Program-made: the position numbers and the translations under genes
In this document: in pieces, positions 16,827-25,324 of the stretch
Numbering within the stretch: the first letter of the stretch is position 1
Layout of the letters: every line of letters begins with the position of its first letter
Virus record (IMG/VR): IMGVR_UViG_3300045454_000142
Coordinates: 1-38,911 of that record
DNA from: a virus
Lineage: Duplodnaviria > Caudoviricetes
Direction: 5' to 3' (one strand)
Length of the DNA: 38,911 nt
The notes under the pieces: model-generated
Databases searched by the model: none
Seen by the model: the letters and a program-made list of their open reading frames with translations, nothing else
Told to the model about the DNA's origin: nothing

Positions 16827-17315
16827 TCAGCCCTGCAAACGGGCCTGCAGGTGGTCGCGGGCGATGGCGATGATCTCCGCTGCGTCATCGTCGGAGATGC
16901 CGAGGAAGGGACGCGCCGGAATGTCGCCCCATGGGATGGGCGCGCCGCGCCGGGTCTTGCCGAAGGCGCCCTTGAGCGCGCCGAACTGATGCACCGCACC
17001 GTATACCCGATCGGTGCCCACCAGCAGGGTCGCGCCGTCGACCTGGGGGAAGATCTGCCGCACCAGGTCGCCGCGGCGCTGCAGGATCTTGCCAGGGTTC
17101 GGCGACTTGGTCTGCAGGTAGCGCGGGCTGAGCGTCTTCCAGGTCTGGCCATCCGGCCCCCGCTGCGCACTGAAGCGGTCGCGGGTGCTGTTGACCAGCG
17201 CCTCGCCGATGTCCAGGAGCATCGGCCGCGGGTCTGCCAGCTCGGCCAGGGCGCCGCGCACCGCAGCCAGCACCTGGCTGTTGTCGAACTCCAGTTCTAC
17301 CCGTGCGCCACTCAC
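16827..17315 (-). CDS. Virion morphogenesis protein (Mu G-like)
   Basis: GPDGQTWKTLSP, VGTDRVYGAVHQFG, IPARPFLGIS. Confidence 0.9.
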   Translation of the reverse strand: MSGARVELEFDNSQVLAAVRGALAELADPRPMLLDIGEALVNSTRDRFSAQRGPDGQTWKTLSPRYLQTKSPNPGKILQRRGDLVRQIFPQVDGATLLVGTDRVYGAVHQFGALKGAFGKTRRGAPIPWGDIPARPFLGISDDDAAEIIAIARDHLQARLQG

Positions 17316-18523
17316 AGCTCGCCCTCCAGCAGCACCAGCTGACCAGCCTGCAGGCGGCGACGCACCGCAGCGATATCCAGAGTCTGTTGCACGCTGTTGG
17401 CCGCGGCATCACCGCTCACCTGGTAGCGCACGGCCAGGGCCAGATCATCGCGATACACATACACCAGGGTGTTGCTGCCGGCATCGAGCAGCACGGCACG
17501 CGGCCGAGCCAGCGCGGTAGGGACGCTACCGAATCGCTCGGCGTTGAGCGCACGTGCATCGCGCGCCTTGCCGGCCAGCATGCGTACCATGGTGGCATCG
17601 CTGATGCCGATCACGGCCGTCAGCGGCACCACTCCGGCAGCGGCCAGGCTGCCCACCAGACCGGGGCTGATGCTGCCCAGCAGCATGCTGCGGCCGCGAT
17701 CGGCGCCGTCCATCACCACGTCATCGAGCATGCGGCGCCAGTCGTTGTCGATCGCCCGGCTCACCGCACCGTGCTCCAGCAGCTGCTGCGCCATGCTGGC
17801 GGCCGGTGCCGCCGGTAGGCGTTCGGTCTTGCTCATGCTGAGCTGCACCTGGCGCTCCAGGGCGCTGCGACCTGGTGCATAGCCCCAGCCGGGGTCGATG
17901 CCCTCGGGCACCTCGACGATCTCGCCTTTGTACTCGATGCGCCGCGTCTGGCTGGCCGGAGCTTGATCGGGCTTCTCCTTGCCAAGGCGCTTCAGGTCGC
18001 GCTCGTTCAGCGCCCGCACCCGGCACTGGCAGCCCCAGCCGTTCGGCGGGTAATGGGTTTGCCACCAGGGATCGTCGGCGGGGATCACCAGGCCGTGCCA
18101 CGCCTCATGCTCGGGGCGCGGGGTGATCACCGCATCGCTGTGCTCGTACATCCAGTACGGCCGCGTGGCCTTCACCTCCTGCAGCTGCTGGTAGCGCCCG
18201 GCGGCGTAGCTGGTGCGCAGGTTGGTCTCGTAGATCACCCGCGAGCGCCAGGCGCGGCCGCCATCGGGCTGCCAGCCGTAGTTGTCGAGCACCGCGAAGA
18301 AGTCCTCGCGGAAGGCATCCAGGGTGTCGCCGTTGTCCAAGGCGCTCTGCAGCACCTGCTGAATGTCCGCCACCATGTCGGCGCGGTGTGCACCGGCCAC
18401 CACGAAGGCGTGGTCATGCGCAGCGCCGCGCACGGCGAAGTAATCCACCGAGGGCAGTTTGCGCCGCAGGAACTCGTTCTGCTCGCGAAACGGCAGGCTG
18501 CCGTAGCTGGCGGGCTGGGCCAT
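17312..18523 (-). CDS. Head morphogenesis protein gpF (MuF) with C-terminal extension
   Basis: IYETNLRTSYAAGR, WWQTHYPPNGWGCQCRV, GIDPGWGYAPG. Confidence 0.92.
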   Translation of the reverse strand: MAQPASYGSLPFREQNEFLRRKLPSVDYFAVRGAAHDHAFVVAGAHRADMVADIQQVLQSALDNGDTLDAFREDFFAVLDNYGWQPDGGRAWRSRVIYETNLRTSYAAGRYQQLQEVKATRPYWMYEHSDAVITPRPEHEAWHGLVIPADDPWWQTHYPPNGWGCQCRVRALNERDLKRLGKEKPDQAPASQTRRIEYKGEIVEVPEGIDPGWGYAPGRSALERQVQLSMSKTERLPAAPAASMAQQLLEHGAVSRAIDNDWRRMLDDVVMDGADRGRSMLLGSISPGLVGSLAAAGVVPLTAVIGISDATMVRMLAGKARDARALNAERFGSVPTALARPRAVLLDAGSNTLVYVYRDDLALAVRYQVSGDAAANSVQQTLDIAAVRRRLQAGQLVLLEGEL

Positions 18524-19971
18524 CAGCGCACCTCGTCCTCGATGTCGTTACGGCCGGCCAGGTCGGCGGCGGCTAGTGCCTCGGCCATCACCTCGGCGTA
18601 CTGATCCAGGCTCAGCTGCGGTGCCAGCTCCAGCAGCCCGGCCTGGATGGCCTGCAGCGAGCCGGCCTCGGCCACCAGCGCCTGCAGCTGCTCGGACCAC
18701 TCGGCGATCGAGGGTTGCAGATCCTTCTGCAGGCGCGGCGCCATGGCTTCGGCCGGGTCGTTGGGCTTGCCGGTCTCGGCGAACTCGGCCGCCGGCGGCG
18801 TGACGCTGTTCGGGGGCGTCTCTTCGCTCACCTCAACGCCGTAGGTTTCCTGCACATAGCCAAGGCTCGGCTTGAAGCCCGACATACGGAACACCTTCTC
18901 GTCGCGATCGGCGCGCTTGTCCATGTCCTCGGGCTGCTCGACCACGCGGTACACGCGCGGCGGCATGGCATCCGGGAAGTTCCACTCCGTCAGCCAGCGG
19001 GCTGGGCCGAGGTTGAAGCTCTCGCAGATCAGGTCCGCATCGGCCTTGATCAGATCTAGGCGCACATCGCCCTGGAGGTCGTCATTGCCCAAACGCCCCG
19101 GCGTGCCCTGGCTGCTGGCGACTTGCCCCAGCACCACCTTGGCGATCGCCGCATCCATGGTGTCGTGCAGCGCCTGGTAATCGCCGGTACCGGAGCGCCC
19201 AGCCGACAGCAGCTCGATCAGCATACCCTCGGGAATGATGATGCCGGAGTCGGTCTGGATGGCATGCACGGCCTCCAGCAGCTTGGTTTTCTCGTCCGGC
19301 GTTGCATCCCTACCGTAAGTGCCCTTGGCCGTAGGCATGCCGAACTTCTCCAGGAATATCAGCCAGAACTTGATGTCGTTGCGCTTGAAGTAGGCCGGCC
19401 AGTAGAGCCAGTGCGCCAGGCCCAGGCCATATGGCTCGTCGTCGTTATCGGCGCCGGTGCTGAAGTGCCAGAAATACGGGGCTGGGCACGGTTCGCCCAG
19501 GTTGAGGCTGTTCGGCGTGAGCATACGCAGCGCGCCGTCCTGGTCGTAGCGGAAGCGGCGCCGGTTGCGAACCTTGATGGCGTCCAGGGTGATGTAGCGG
19601 TCATCGCGGCCATAGATCAGTTCGGCCACCGCATAGCCGTAGTACACGCCGTACAGCATCAGGCTGGTCACCCGGTCCCAGCCCACGCGGTGCAGCTGCT
19701 GCTCCAGGTGCTCAGCGGCCAGCTTGTCCACCGGGCGATCGCCGCCGGCCTCGACCTTGAACTCCTTGCTCACAACGGCCAACTGGCGCTGGCTCCAGCA
19801 GGCCTTCACCTGCCAGTCGCTCAGCACCTCCTCGTAGACCTTGAGGTCGAAGCCGCCGCGCGAGCGCAGCACGCGGTCATTCGGCTGCTGCAGGCCGGCC
19901 AGGAAAGGTCGGGTGATATCGCGGCCGTTGCCAGTGCTGGCGAACTCAAGGCCGAGCTTGGGCTTTTGCAT
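18523..19971 (-). CDS. Portal protein (DUF935)
   Basis: PYGLGL..WP, FLEKFGMP, IAKVVLGQ. Confidence 0.92.
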   Translation of the reverse strand: MQKPKLGLEFASTGNGRDITRPFLAGLQQPNDRVLRSRGGFDLKVYEEVLSDWQVKACWSQRQLAVVSKEFKVEAGGDRPVDKLAAEHLEQQLHRVGWDRVTSLMLYGVYYGYAVAELIYGRDDRYITLDAIKVRNRRRFRYDQDGALRMLTPNSLNLGEPCPAPYFWHFSTGADNDDEPYGLGLAHWLYWPAYFKRNDIKFWLIFLEKFGMPTAKGTYGRDATPDEKTKLLEAVHAIQTDSGIIIPEGMLIELLSAGRSGTGDYQALHDTMDAAIAKVVLGQVASSQGTPGRLGNDDLQGDVRLDLIKADADLICESFNLGPARWLTEWNFPDAMPPRVYRVVEQPEDMDKRADRDEKVFRMSGFKPSLGYVQETYGVEVSEETPPNSVTPPAAEFAETGKPNDPAEAMAPRLQKDLQPSIAEWSEQLQALVAEAGSLQAIQAGLLELAPQLSLDQYAEVMAEALAAADLAGRNDIEDEVR

Positions 19972-21680
19972 CAGAAGCCTCCGAAGTCATTGCCGCCGCG
20001 CACGGTGCCAAAGCCACGCTTGGTCTGCTGGCCGGCGGGGCTGCTGGTAAAGGTGTTACCGGCCAGGGTGCGGGTGCCGGTGGATTGGTAGTCGATGGGG
20101 ATCTCACCGCCATCCATGTAGCTGGCCCGCACAGCCATGGCCAAGCTGATGGCACTGTCGCCGTGGCGCTTGGCCTTGCTGCTGCCGGACTCCAGATCCT
20201 TGGTGCGTCCCTTATCGATGACCGGTATGCCTTTCTCGACCTTGATCGACAGCAAGTCATCCAGCGTGGTCTGGTGCCGGGGGATCTCCAGATTGAACGA
20301 CTCGAACTCGCCCTTGAGCTTTGGCATCCATTCTGCGTACCAGGGCAGGTTCAGATTGACCTGGTCAACATGCTTCAGTCCGTACTTCAGCGCGGCCTGC
20401 TCTGCGAGGTATCCGCCGTTGCCGGTCGCGTCGAAGGCCAGTCCCACCAGGCGCGGCAGGCGATCGCAGATGAAGAACATCACGTCGCGCTGAGCCTCAT
20501 AGGTCAGGTTTCGCAGCTCCACCCGGAAGGGCTCACGCTTGCGCAGATCAGGCGAAATCTGCAGCGGGCTGAAAACGGTCAAGTCGCCTCGGCGGGCGAA
20601 GTCCTCACCGAACGAGTGCTTGTTATCCCGGCTCAGCTTGGCCAGCTCAGGCAGCAGGTTCTCCTCACACCATGCGGCTATCTCGGCCTCGCGTTGGTGT
20701 GGCAGCCATCCCTCGAACCCTTCTGGAGCTTCGTACCGATATATGCGGATCGAGTGGTCACTGACCATCGCATGCTCAATCAGCACGCGGGTGAGATAGG
20801 TACCGCCCGATTTCTTCGGGACGCAGCCGTACTCCTCGTCGGCCGACTCGATGTTGGGGGCGTTGCGGTACAGCTTGTCGCGCCATTCCTTCTCGGCTTC
20901 AGGCGACCATTCCTGGTTGGTGACATAGCAGATCCGCTTGTACAGCCCCTGGGCCAGGGCATCGTCCAGGGTGATGCGGTGGATGCTGTAATCCTTGCGG
21001 CCCTCACGTGCGTCCTGGATGTAGCTGTTGAAGGCATTGTCCACGCCGTTGTGGGTGCTAATCAGGCGGACCTTGTTGCCCCACATAGTCAGCGCCAGGG
21101 CGGCCTTGAGCAGCTCTTCCAGCGACTCATGGAACGCCGCCTCGTCGATCACCACATCGCCCTGCAGGCCGCGCAGGTTACTCGGGCGGCTGCTCAGCGC
21201 CTGGATTTTCCGCCCCGTTTTCGGGAAGCGGATCATGTAGGTGAGGATCTCTTCCTTCTTGCCGGCATCCCAGAAGGTTTGCTCGTAGACGTCCGCCTCG
21301 GCCAGCTCGTTGAAAGCCTTGGCGAACAGCGCGCAGGCGGCGATGTACTCCAGGGCCATCTCCTGTTTGCTGCCCACGTAGAAGGTGTTGCACCCGCCAC
21401 GGCGCCGGGGCTTGGCGGCGTTGATCACGTTGCGCCCGGCCTCGGCCCAGGTGAGGCCGGTACGGCGGGACTTCTCCGCGATCATGATTTGGGACTGATC
21501 CTCAAACCAGCGCTGCTGGTAACCCAGGAACACGGGCTCATTGGCCGGCTGGGCGTCGGCGATCTGCTGCGGCACGTCCACGCCGAGCAGCTCCATCTCC
21601 TCGGCGAGATCGATCTTGCGCGGTGCGCTGGTGGCGGTGAGCTTCTTGCCCAGGTTAGCGGTGGTGCTTTGCATAGCCAT
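19971..21680 (-). CDS. terL: Terminase large subunit
   Basis: EKSRRTGLTW, VVIDEAAF, ISTHNG, FDATGNG, HGDSA. Confidence 0.95.
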   Translation of the reverse strand: MAMQSTTANLGKKLTATSAPRKIDLAEEMELLGVDVPQQIADAQPANEPVFLGYQQRWFEDQSQIMIAEKSRRTGLTWAEAGRNVINAAKPRRRGGCNTFYVGSKQEMALEYIAACALFAKAFNELAEADVYEQTFWDAGKKEEILTYMIRFPKTGRKIQALSSRPSNLRGLQGDVVIDEAAFHESLEELLKAALALTMWGNKVRLISTHNGVDNAFNSYIQDAREGRKDYSIHRITLDDALAQGLYKRICYVTNQEWSPEAEKEWRDKLYRNAPNIESADEEYGCVPKKSGGTYLTRVLIEHAMVSDHSIRIYRYEAPEGFEGWLPHQREAEIAAWCEENLLPELAKLSRDNKHSFGEDFARRGDLTVFSPLQISPDLRKREPFRVELRNLTYEAQRDVMFFICDRLPRLVGLAFDATGNGGYLAEQAALKYGLKHVDQVNLNLPWYAEWMPKLKGEFESFNLEIPRHQTTLDDLLSIKVEKGIPVIDKGRTKDLESGSSKAKRHGDSAISLAMAVRASYMDGGEIPIDYQSTGTRTLAGNTFTSSPAGQQTKRGFGTVRGGNDFGGF

Positions 21681-22228
21681 CAGGCTTTCCCCAGCAGAAT
21701 GCCGCGAATGCGGTTTTCGAGCTGCTCGCTCATGCCGTCGCTGCCACGCATCTCTTCCAGGCGTTGCTCCTGCTCAGCCAGCAGCGCCTCACGGGCCTCG
21801 CGGGCGATCGCAGCGCGCTCCTCACGGCTGGCCTTGCTGGCCTGCAGCACGTCCTTTGCGGCGCGGGCGAGCTTGCGCACGTCGTCGATCGTGGTCTCGT
21901 CGTCGATCTGCGCGCCCAGGGCCGCGTGCGTGGTCAGGGTCTGGATCGACTGCACCATCAGCGCGCCGGCTTTGTCGTTCGGGTTCTCGCCAAGTTCCTC
22001 GACCAGCAGGCTGGCCATGGCTTGCTGCTCGCGCAGCCGCTTGGCCATCTCGTCGAAGCTGACCTTGTAACGGCCAATCGCCGAGCGGCTGGGCTTGTCC
22101 GCGCTGGGGAAGTGCTCGTGCAGATCCTCGATCAGCTCGTCCAGGGTCAGGCGACGCTCGCGCAGTCGCTTCTCGATGTGGGTGCGGACTGCCGGCTCTA
22201 GCCGGTCGATGCTGGACTTGCGCCCCAT
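21680..22228 (-). CDS. Terminase small subunit (Mu gp27 / DUF3486-like)
   Basis: MGRKSSIDRL..SRSAIGRY; precedes terL. Confidence 0.85.
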   Translation of the reverse strand: MGRKSSIDRLEPAVRTHIEKRLRERRLTLDELIEDLHEHFPSADKPSRSAIGRYKVSFDEMAKRLREQQAMASLLVEELGENPNDKAGALMVQSIQTLTTHAALGAQIDDETTIDDVRKLARAAKDVLQASKASREERAAIAREAREALLAEQEQRLEEMRGSDGMSEQLENRIRGILLGKA

Positions 22229-22230
22229 GT

Positions 22231-22530
22231 TCAGGGCCTCGGCTTGCTGACGCCCGGTACCGAGGCGCGGCCAGCGGCCACGTCGCCACCACGCTCGGTC
22301 AGGGTCACGACCAGGACGGAGCCGATATCGTCGATAGACACCAGGCCCTGTTCGCCGAGCCAGGTCAGATCGCCCTTCACCTGGTCGCGGCTCGGGTGGT
22401 GCCCAAACTGGCCCAGCAGGTTGGCGATCACCGAAGAGTTGGAGCGGTACTGCGGCAGCTCAGAGAGGATGCGCAGCATCACCAGGCGCTGATCCTGGCG
22501 CAGGTAATCGGCGAAATTTTGGTTGTTCAT
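22231..22530 (-). CDS. Mu gp26-like winged-helix protein
   Basis: RLVMLRIL..SRDQVKGDLTWLGEQGLV..GDVAAG..PGVSKP. Confidence 0.8.
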   Translation of the reverse strand: MNNQNFADYLRQDQRLVMLRILSELPQYRSNSSVIANLLGQFGHHPSRDQVKGDLTWLGEQGLVSIDDIGSVLVVTLTERGGDVAAGRASVPGVSKPRP

Positions 22531-22537
22531 CGCAGCC

Positions 22538-22873
22538 TCACTTGCTGTGTAGGAGGTAATCGTTCAGGCGATCCACCGAGCGGTTCAGCGGATCCAGGGA
22601 GCGGTTGATGCCTGAGATGTCGGACTTGATGCCCTTCATGTCGCCGCCCAGCTCGGCCAGCTTTTCGGCCAGCTCAGTGAGCTGCTCGCTGGTCGGCAGA
22701 TGCTTCATCTGCTGCTCCAGCACCGTCAGGCGGGTGTCCTGTCCGGCCAGGCGGTTGGCGAGGGTCTCGGCCTCGACCTTCGAGCTGGCCTTGCGGGCAC
22801 TGCTCCAGGAGAAACAGCCCACCACCACGGTGAACAGGAACTGCGCGCCGCGCAGCAGGGAGTCGAAGTCCAT
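22538..22873 (-). CDS. Mu gp25 / DUF2730-like membrane-anchored coiled-coil protein
   Basis: N-terminal hydrophobic segment, HLPT motif, coiled coil. Confidence 0.75.
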   Translation of the reverse strand: MDFDSLLRGAQFLFTVVVGCFSWSSARKASSKVEAETLANRLAGQDTRLTVLEQQMKHLPTSEQLTELAEKLAELGGDMKGIKSDISGINRSLDPLNRSVDRLNDYLLHSK

Positions 22874-23499
22874 CAGGGCTTGTCCTTGTCGTGTAGGTCG
22901 ATCAGCGCGTTCAGCTGCGCAAGGTTGGCGAGCGCCCAAGCGCCGTAGTCACGCGCATGGGCCAGGATGTCAGCCGCGGTAACGCCGCTTTCCAGTAGTT
23001 CGGCGTCAGAGCCGGGGGCGGGCCAGGCCGTTTCTTGAGAGCCGGCGTAGGCTCGGCAGCCGGCTGGAGCTGGGGCAGTGGCTCCAAGCGCTGCGTTGAA
23101 GTCGCGCAGCCAGCCACAAGTGACAACGAAGCGAGGAGCAGCCACAGGGGCAGCGCCGCGCGCCGGGGCGTATTGAGTCGAGACACGATAGATGCGCTCC
23201 TGTGTGAGTTGCTGCTTGAGCCGGCCGATCTCGTCCTGGGCATCCAGAAACACCAGCTCGGCCTGGTTGGCGCGCTCCACCTGCTGGCGGTAGAGCACCA
23301 GGTTCTGTTCGGCGGCATCGGCGCGCAGCTTCTGGTGCTCCTCGCGCAAATCGGCCAGGGCCTTGTCGCCCTTGGCCTGGGCGGCGCTGTAGCCCCGGTC
23401 ATACTGGCTCTCGCCGTATGCCCACATCAGGTACATGAGCGCTACGAAGATCGGCACGTACCAGTGTTCAACGAACCATCCGATCACCTTTCTCATCAC
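22873..23499 (-). CDS. Inner-membrane spanin (Rz-like)
   Basis: One N-terminal TM segment then coiled coil; lysis cassette. Confidence 0.75.
   Translation of the reverse strand: MMRKVIGWFVEHWYVPIFVALMYLMWAYGESQYDRGYSAAQAKGDKALADLREEHQKLRADAAEQNLVLYRQQVERANQAELVFLDAQDEIGRLKQQLTQERIYRVSTQYAPARGAAPVAAPRFVVTCGWLRDFNAALGATAPAPAGCRAYAGSQETAWPAPGSDAELLESGVTAADILAHARDYGAWALANLAQLNALIDLHDKDKP
22911..23186 (-). CDS. Embedded outer-membrane spanin lipoprotein (Rz1-like, 91 aa)
   Basis: AGGAG-10 nt-GTG start; hydrophobic signal and lipobox LVAG/C; Pro-rich; alternative frame inside the Rz-like gene. Confidence 0.7.
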   Translation of the reverse strand: MSRLNTPRRAALPLWLLLASLSLVAGCATSTQRLEPLPQLQPAAEPTPALKKRPGPPPALTPNYWKAALPRLTSWPMRVTTALGRSPTLRS

Positions 23500-23702
23500 C
23501 GCCCCTTACGCTTGAGCCGGCGCCGCAACCAGCGCGGCATAGGTGGTCGTTTGTCCGCGCGTTCGGGCGGCCACAGCTGGGCCGGGCGAACGCGGGGCGG
23601 CGGCGATGCGAACAGCTCGGCGGCAGCGAGCCAGTTCCGGGAGCACGCGGCAGGCGAACTGCTGGTCAACGTGGCGAGCAGAAACAGCGTTGGGATCTTC
23701 AT
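23496..23702 (-). CDS. Small lysis-region protein (68 aa), hydrophobic N-terminus and Arg/Lys-rich C-terminus
   Basis: AGGT RBS and ATG at 23702; stop overlaps the Rz-like start. Confidence 0.55.
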   Translation of the reverse strand: MKIPTLFLLATLTSSSPAACSRNWLAAAELFASPPPRVRPAQLWPPERADKRPPMPRWLRRRLKRKGR

Positions 23703-24408
23703 GGCGGCTATACCTGTCGGCGCAAACGCCAGGCCCCCAGCCGGCAGCCGCATACATGGGCTCCCAGCGCAGCAGGATGGCGCGCGGGTAATTGCGGTTC
23801 TCGCGGAAGTTGGCAGCCGAGCGGCCAGCGTTATGCCGCTCGACGGAATCGAACCAGGCCAGCGGGTCGGCACCCATAGCCGAGGCCAGCCTGCGGTCAC
23901 GATTCACCCAGCCATTGCCGCCGTTGTAGCCGGACAGCACGAAGGCCCAGCGGTCACACTCGCTAACGGCCTGGTTTCGCTCGTAGAGCCAGCGGTCGAA
24001 GGCCACCATGGCCCGCAGCGCCCACCCTGGGTTGTACGGCTGCGCCGGGCCCAGGCTGCGCGGGTAGATCTCGGCCATCCAGTCGGCAGTTGCGGGCATG
24101 AACTGCGCCAGGCCCTCGGCGCCGACCGGTGAACGAGCATTCACCCGCCAGGCGCTCTCCTGATGCACCTGCGCGGCGAACGTCGCCACAGGCGCCCCCA
24201 GGCCCCACTCAGCATGGGCGGCACGCACCAGGGTGCGGCGGTGCTGCTCAGCAGCGGCCGGGATGCTCGCGGCATGCACAGGCATCCCACAGCTGCCTAC
24301 GAATACGACAATGAACAGCAGCGGGAGCAGCACCAGCCGCGGATCAAGGTGCCAGAGGACCAGGCAGGCGTTCCACAACACGCCGCCCAAGTGCTTGAGG
24401 CGTTCCAT
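23506..24408 (-). CDS. Endolysin, SLT lytic transglycosylase with N-terminal export/anchor segment
   Basis: QVHQES, GLAQFMPAT, YNGG, ENRNY motifs. Confidence 0.92.
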   Translation of the reverse strand: MERLKHLGGVLWNACLVLWHLDPRLVLLPLLFIVVFVGSCGMPVHAASIPAAAEQHRRTLVRAAHAEWGLGAPVATFAAQVHQESAWRVNARSPVGAEGLAQFMPATADWMAEIYPRSLGPAQPYNPGWALRAMVAFDRWLYERNQAVSECDRWAFVLSGYNGGNGWVNRDRRLASAMGADPLAWFDSVERHNAGRSAANFRENRNYPRAILLRWEPMYAAAGWGPGVCADRYSRHEDPNAVSARHVDQQFACRVLPELARCRRAVRIAAAPRSPGPAVAARTRGQTTTYAALVAAPAQA

Positions 24409-24409
24409 G

Positions 24410-24709
24410 TCAGAGCCCCAGCGTCATGCCGAGCACACAGGCCAGCACGATCACCGCGCGGCGCATCCAGGCACCAACGATTTGAACGAAGCTGATGCAC
24501 TGGTGTGGGCGGGCCTGGGCGTAGGGGAATAGCGAGCGGTCGATCCAGTAGGCGAGCGTAGCGGCGATGGTCACCAGGGCCGCCTTGTACAGCACAACCT
24601 GGAGCTGCTCGGGGCGAATGAAATACAGGGCCAGCAGAAGGCCGAGGCTGATGATGCTCCACAACCACATACGTGGAAGGCGCTGGCTGGGCGTGCAGGA
24701 CTTGGACAT
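24410..24709 (-). CDS. Holin (2-3 TM)
   Basis: YWIDRSLFPY..RRAVIV motif, hydrophobic segments, first late gene. Confidence 0.85.
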   Translation of the reverse strand: MSKSCTPSQRLPRMWLWSIISLGLLLALYFIRPEQLQVVLYKAALVTIAATLAYWIDRSLFPYAQARPHQCISFVQIVGAWMRRAVIVLACVLGMTLGL

Positions 24710-24771
24710 GAGGCTCTCCGCGCTACGTTCGCTGTTATCGAAAAATCTCGGTACATACCGAAAGAGTTCAC

Positions 24772-24816
24772 AGCTTCAACGCGCGCGCGCGCGGAGTAAT
24801 TTGGACGCGGCAAAAA
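24772..24816 (-). promoter_or_regulatory. Late promoter of the lysis/packaging operon
   Basis: Box GTAATTTGGACGCGGCAAAAA at 24796-24816, (CG)7 in the spacer, -10-like GAAGCT. Confidence 0.75.
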
Positions 24817-24873
24817 TACATTGCCCATGCAGGGGCGCAGGATCGGCAGCCAAATCAGCAGAGGGCAACCGAT

Positions 24874-25284
24874 ATGCAGACGACCGACGCCGACCGCCTG
24901 GCGATACTTCGCCAGATCATCGACTACAGCATTGAGAACGGTGAAAGCCTGGCGACCTTCAGGTCACGGGCCGAATCGATATTGCGCGACTTCGATCAGC
25001 CGCGCAGGGGCCTGCTGGAGCAGGCCATCGAGTTGCAGCGCGCCGCCCCTGCCAGGCGTGCCGCCGTCGAGGCAGAGGCTCAGCGCAGGCTCAGTCAGGC
25101 TTCTTCCCAGGAATCAGCCGAGGCGTCCAGCGCGGCGGGGGCGGCTCCTGGCCCTTTACAACCTCGAGCATGCGCGCAAGGGGGAGTTGTGTGCCAACCC
25201 GCAAATCGTCCCTGGCCAGCGCGGCTTCAAGCCTGGCTTGCAGGCCTGCGCGATCAAGCGCGCCGGTATGTAAAAGGCTCCTAA
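24874..25284 (+). CDS. Orphan protein with a gpF-like N-terminal segment
   Basis: AGAGGG RBS; residues 6-37 align ungapped with gpF residues 48-79. Confidence 0.6.
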   Translation: MQTTDADRLAILRQIIDYSIENGESLATFRSRAESILRDFDQPRRGLLEQAIELQRAAPARRAAVEAEAQRRLSQASSQESAEASSAAGAAPGPLQPRACAQGGVVCQPANRPWPARLQAWLAGLRDQARRYVKGS

Positions 25285-25289
25285 ACAAC

Positions 25290-25312
25290 TAGGGCGCCAT
25301 TGCGGCGCCCTA
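25290..25312. terminator. Terminator hairpin between convergent genes
   Basis: TAGGGCGCC-ATTGC-GGCGCCCTA; GTTGTTT follows on the minus strand. Confidence 0.75.
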
Positions 25313-25324
25313 TCACTTAATCGC

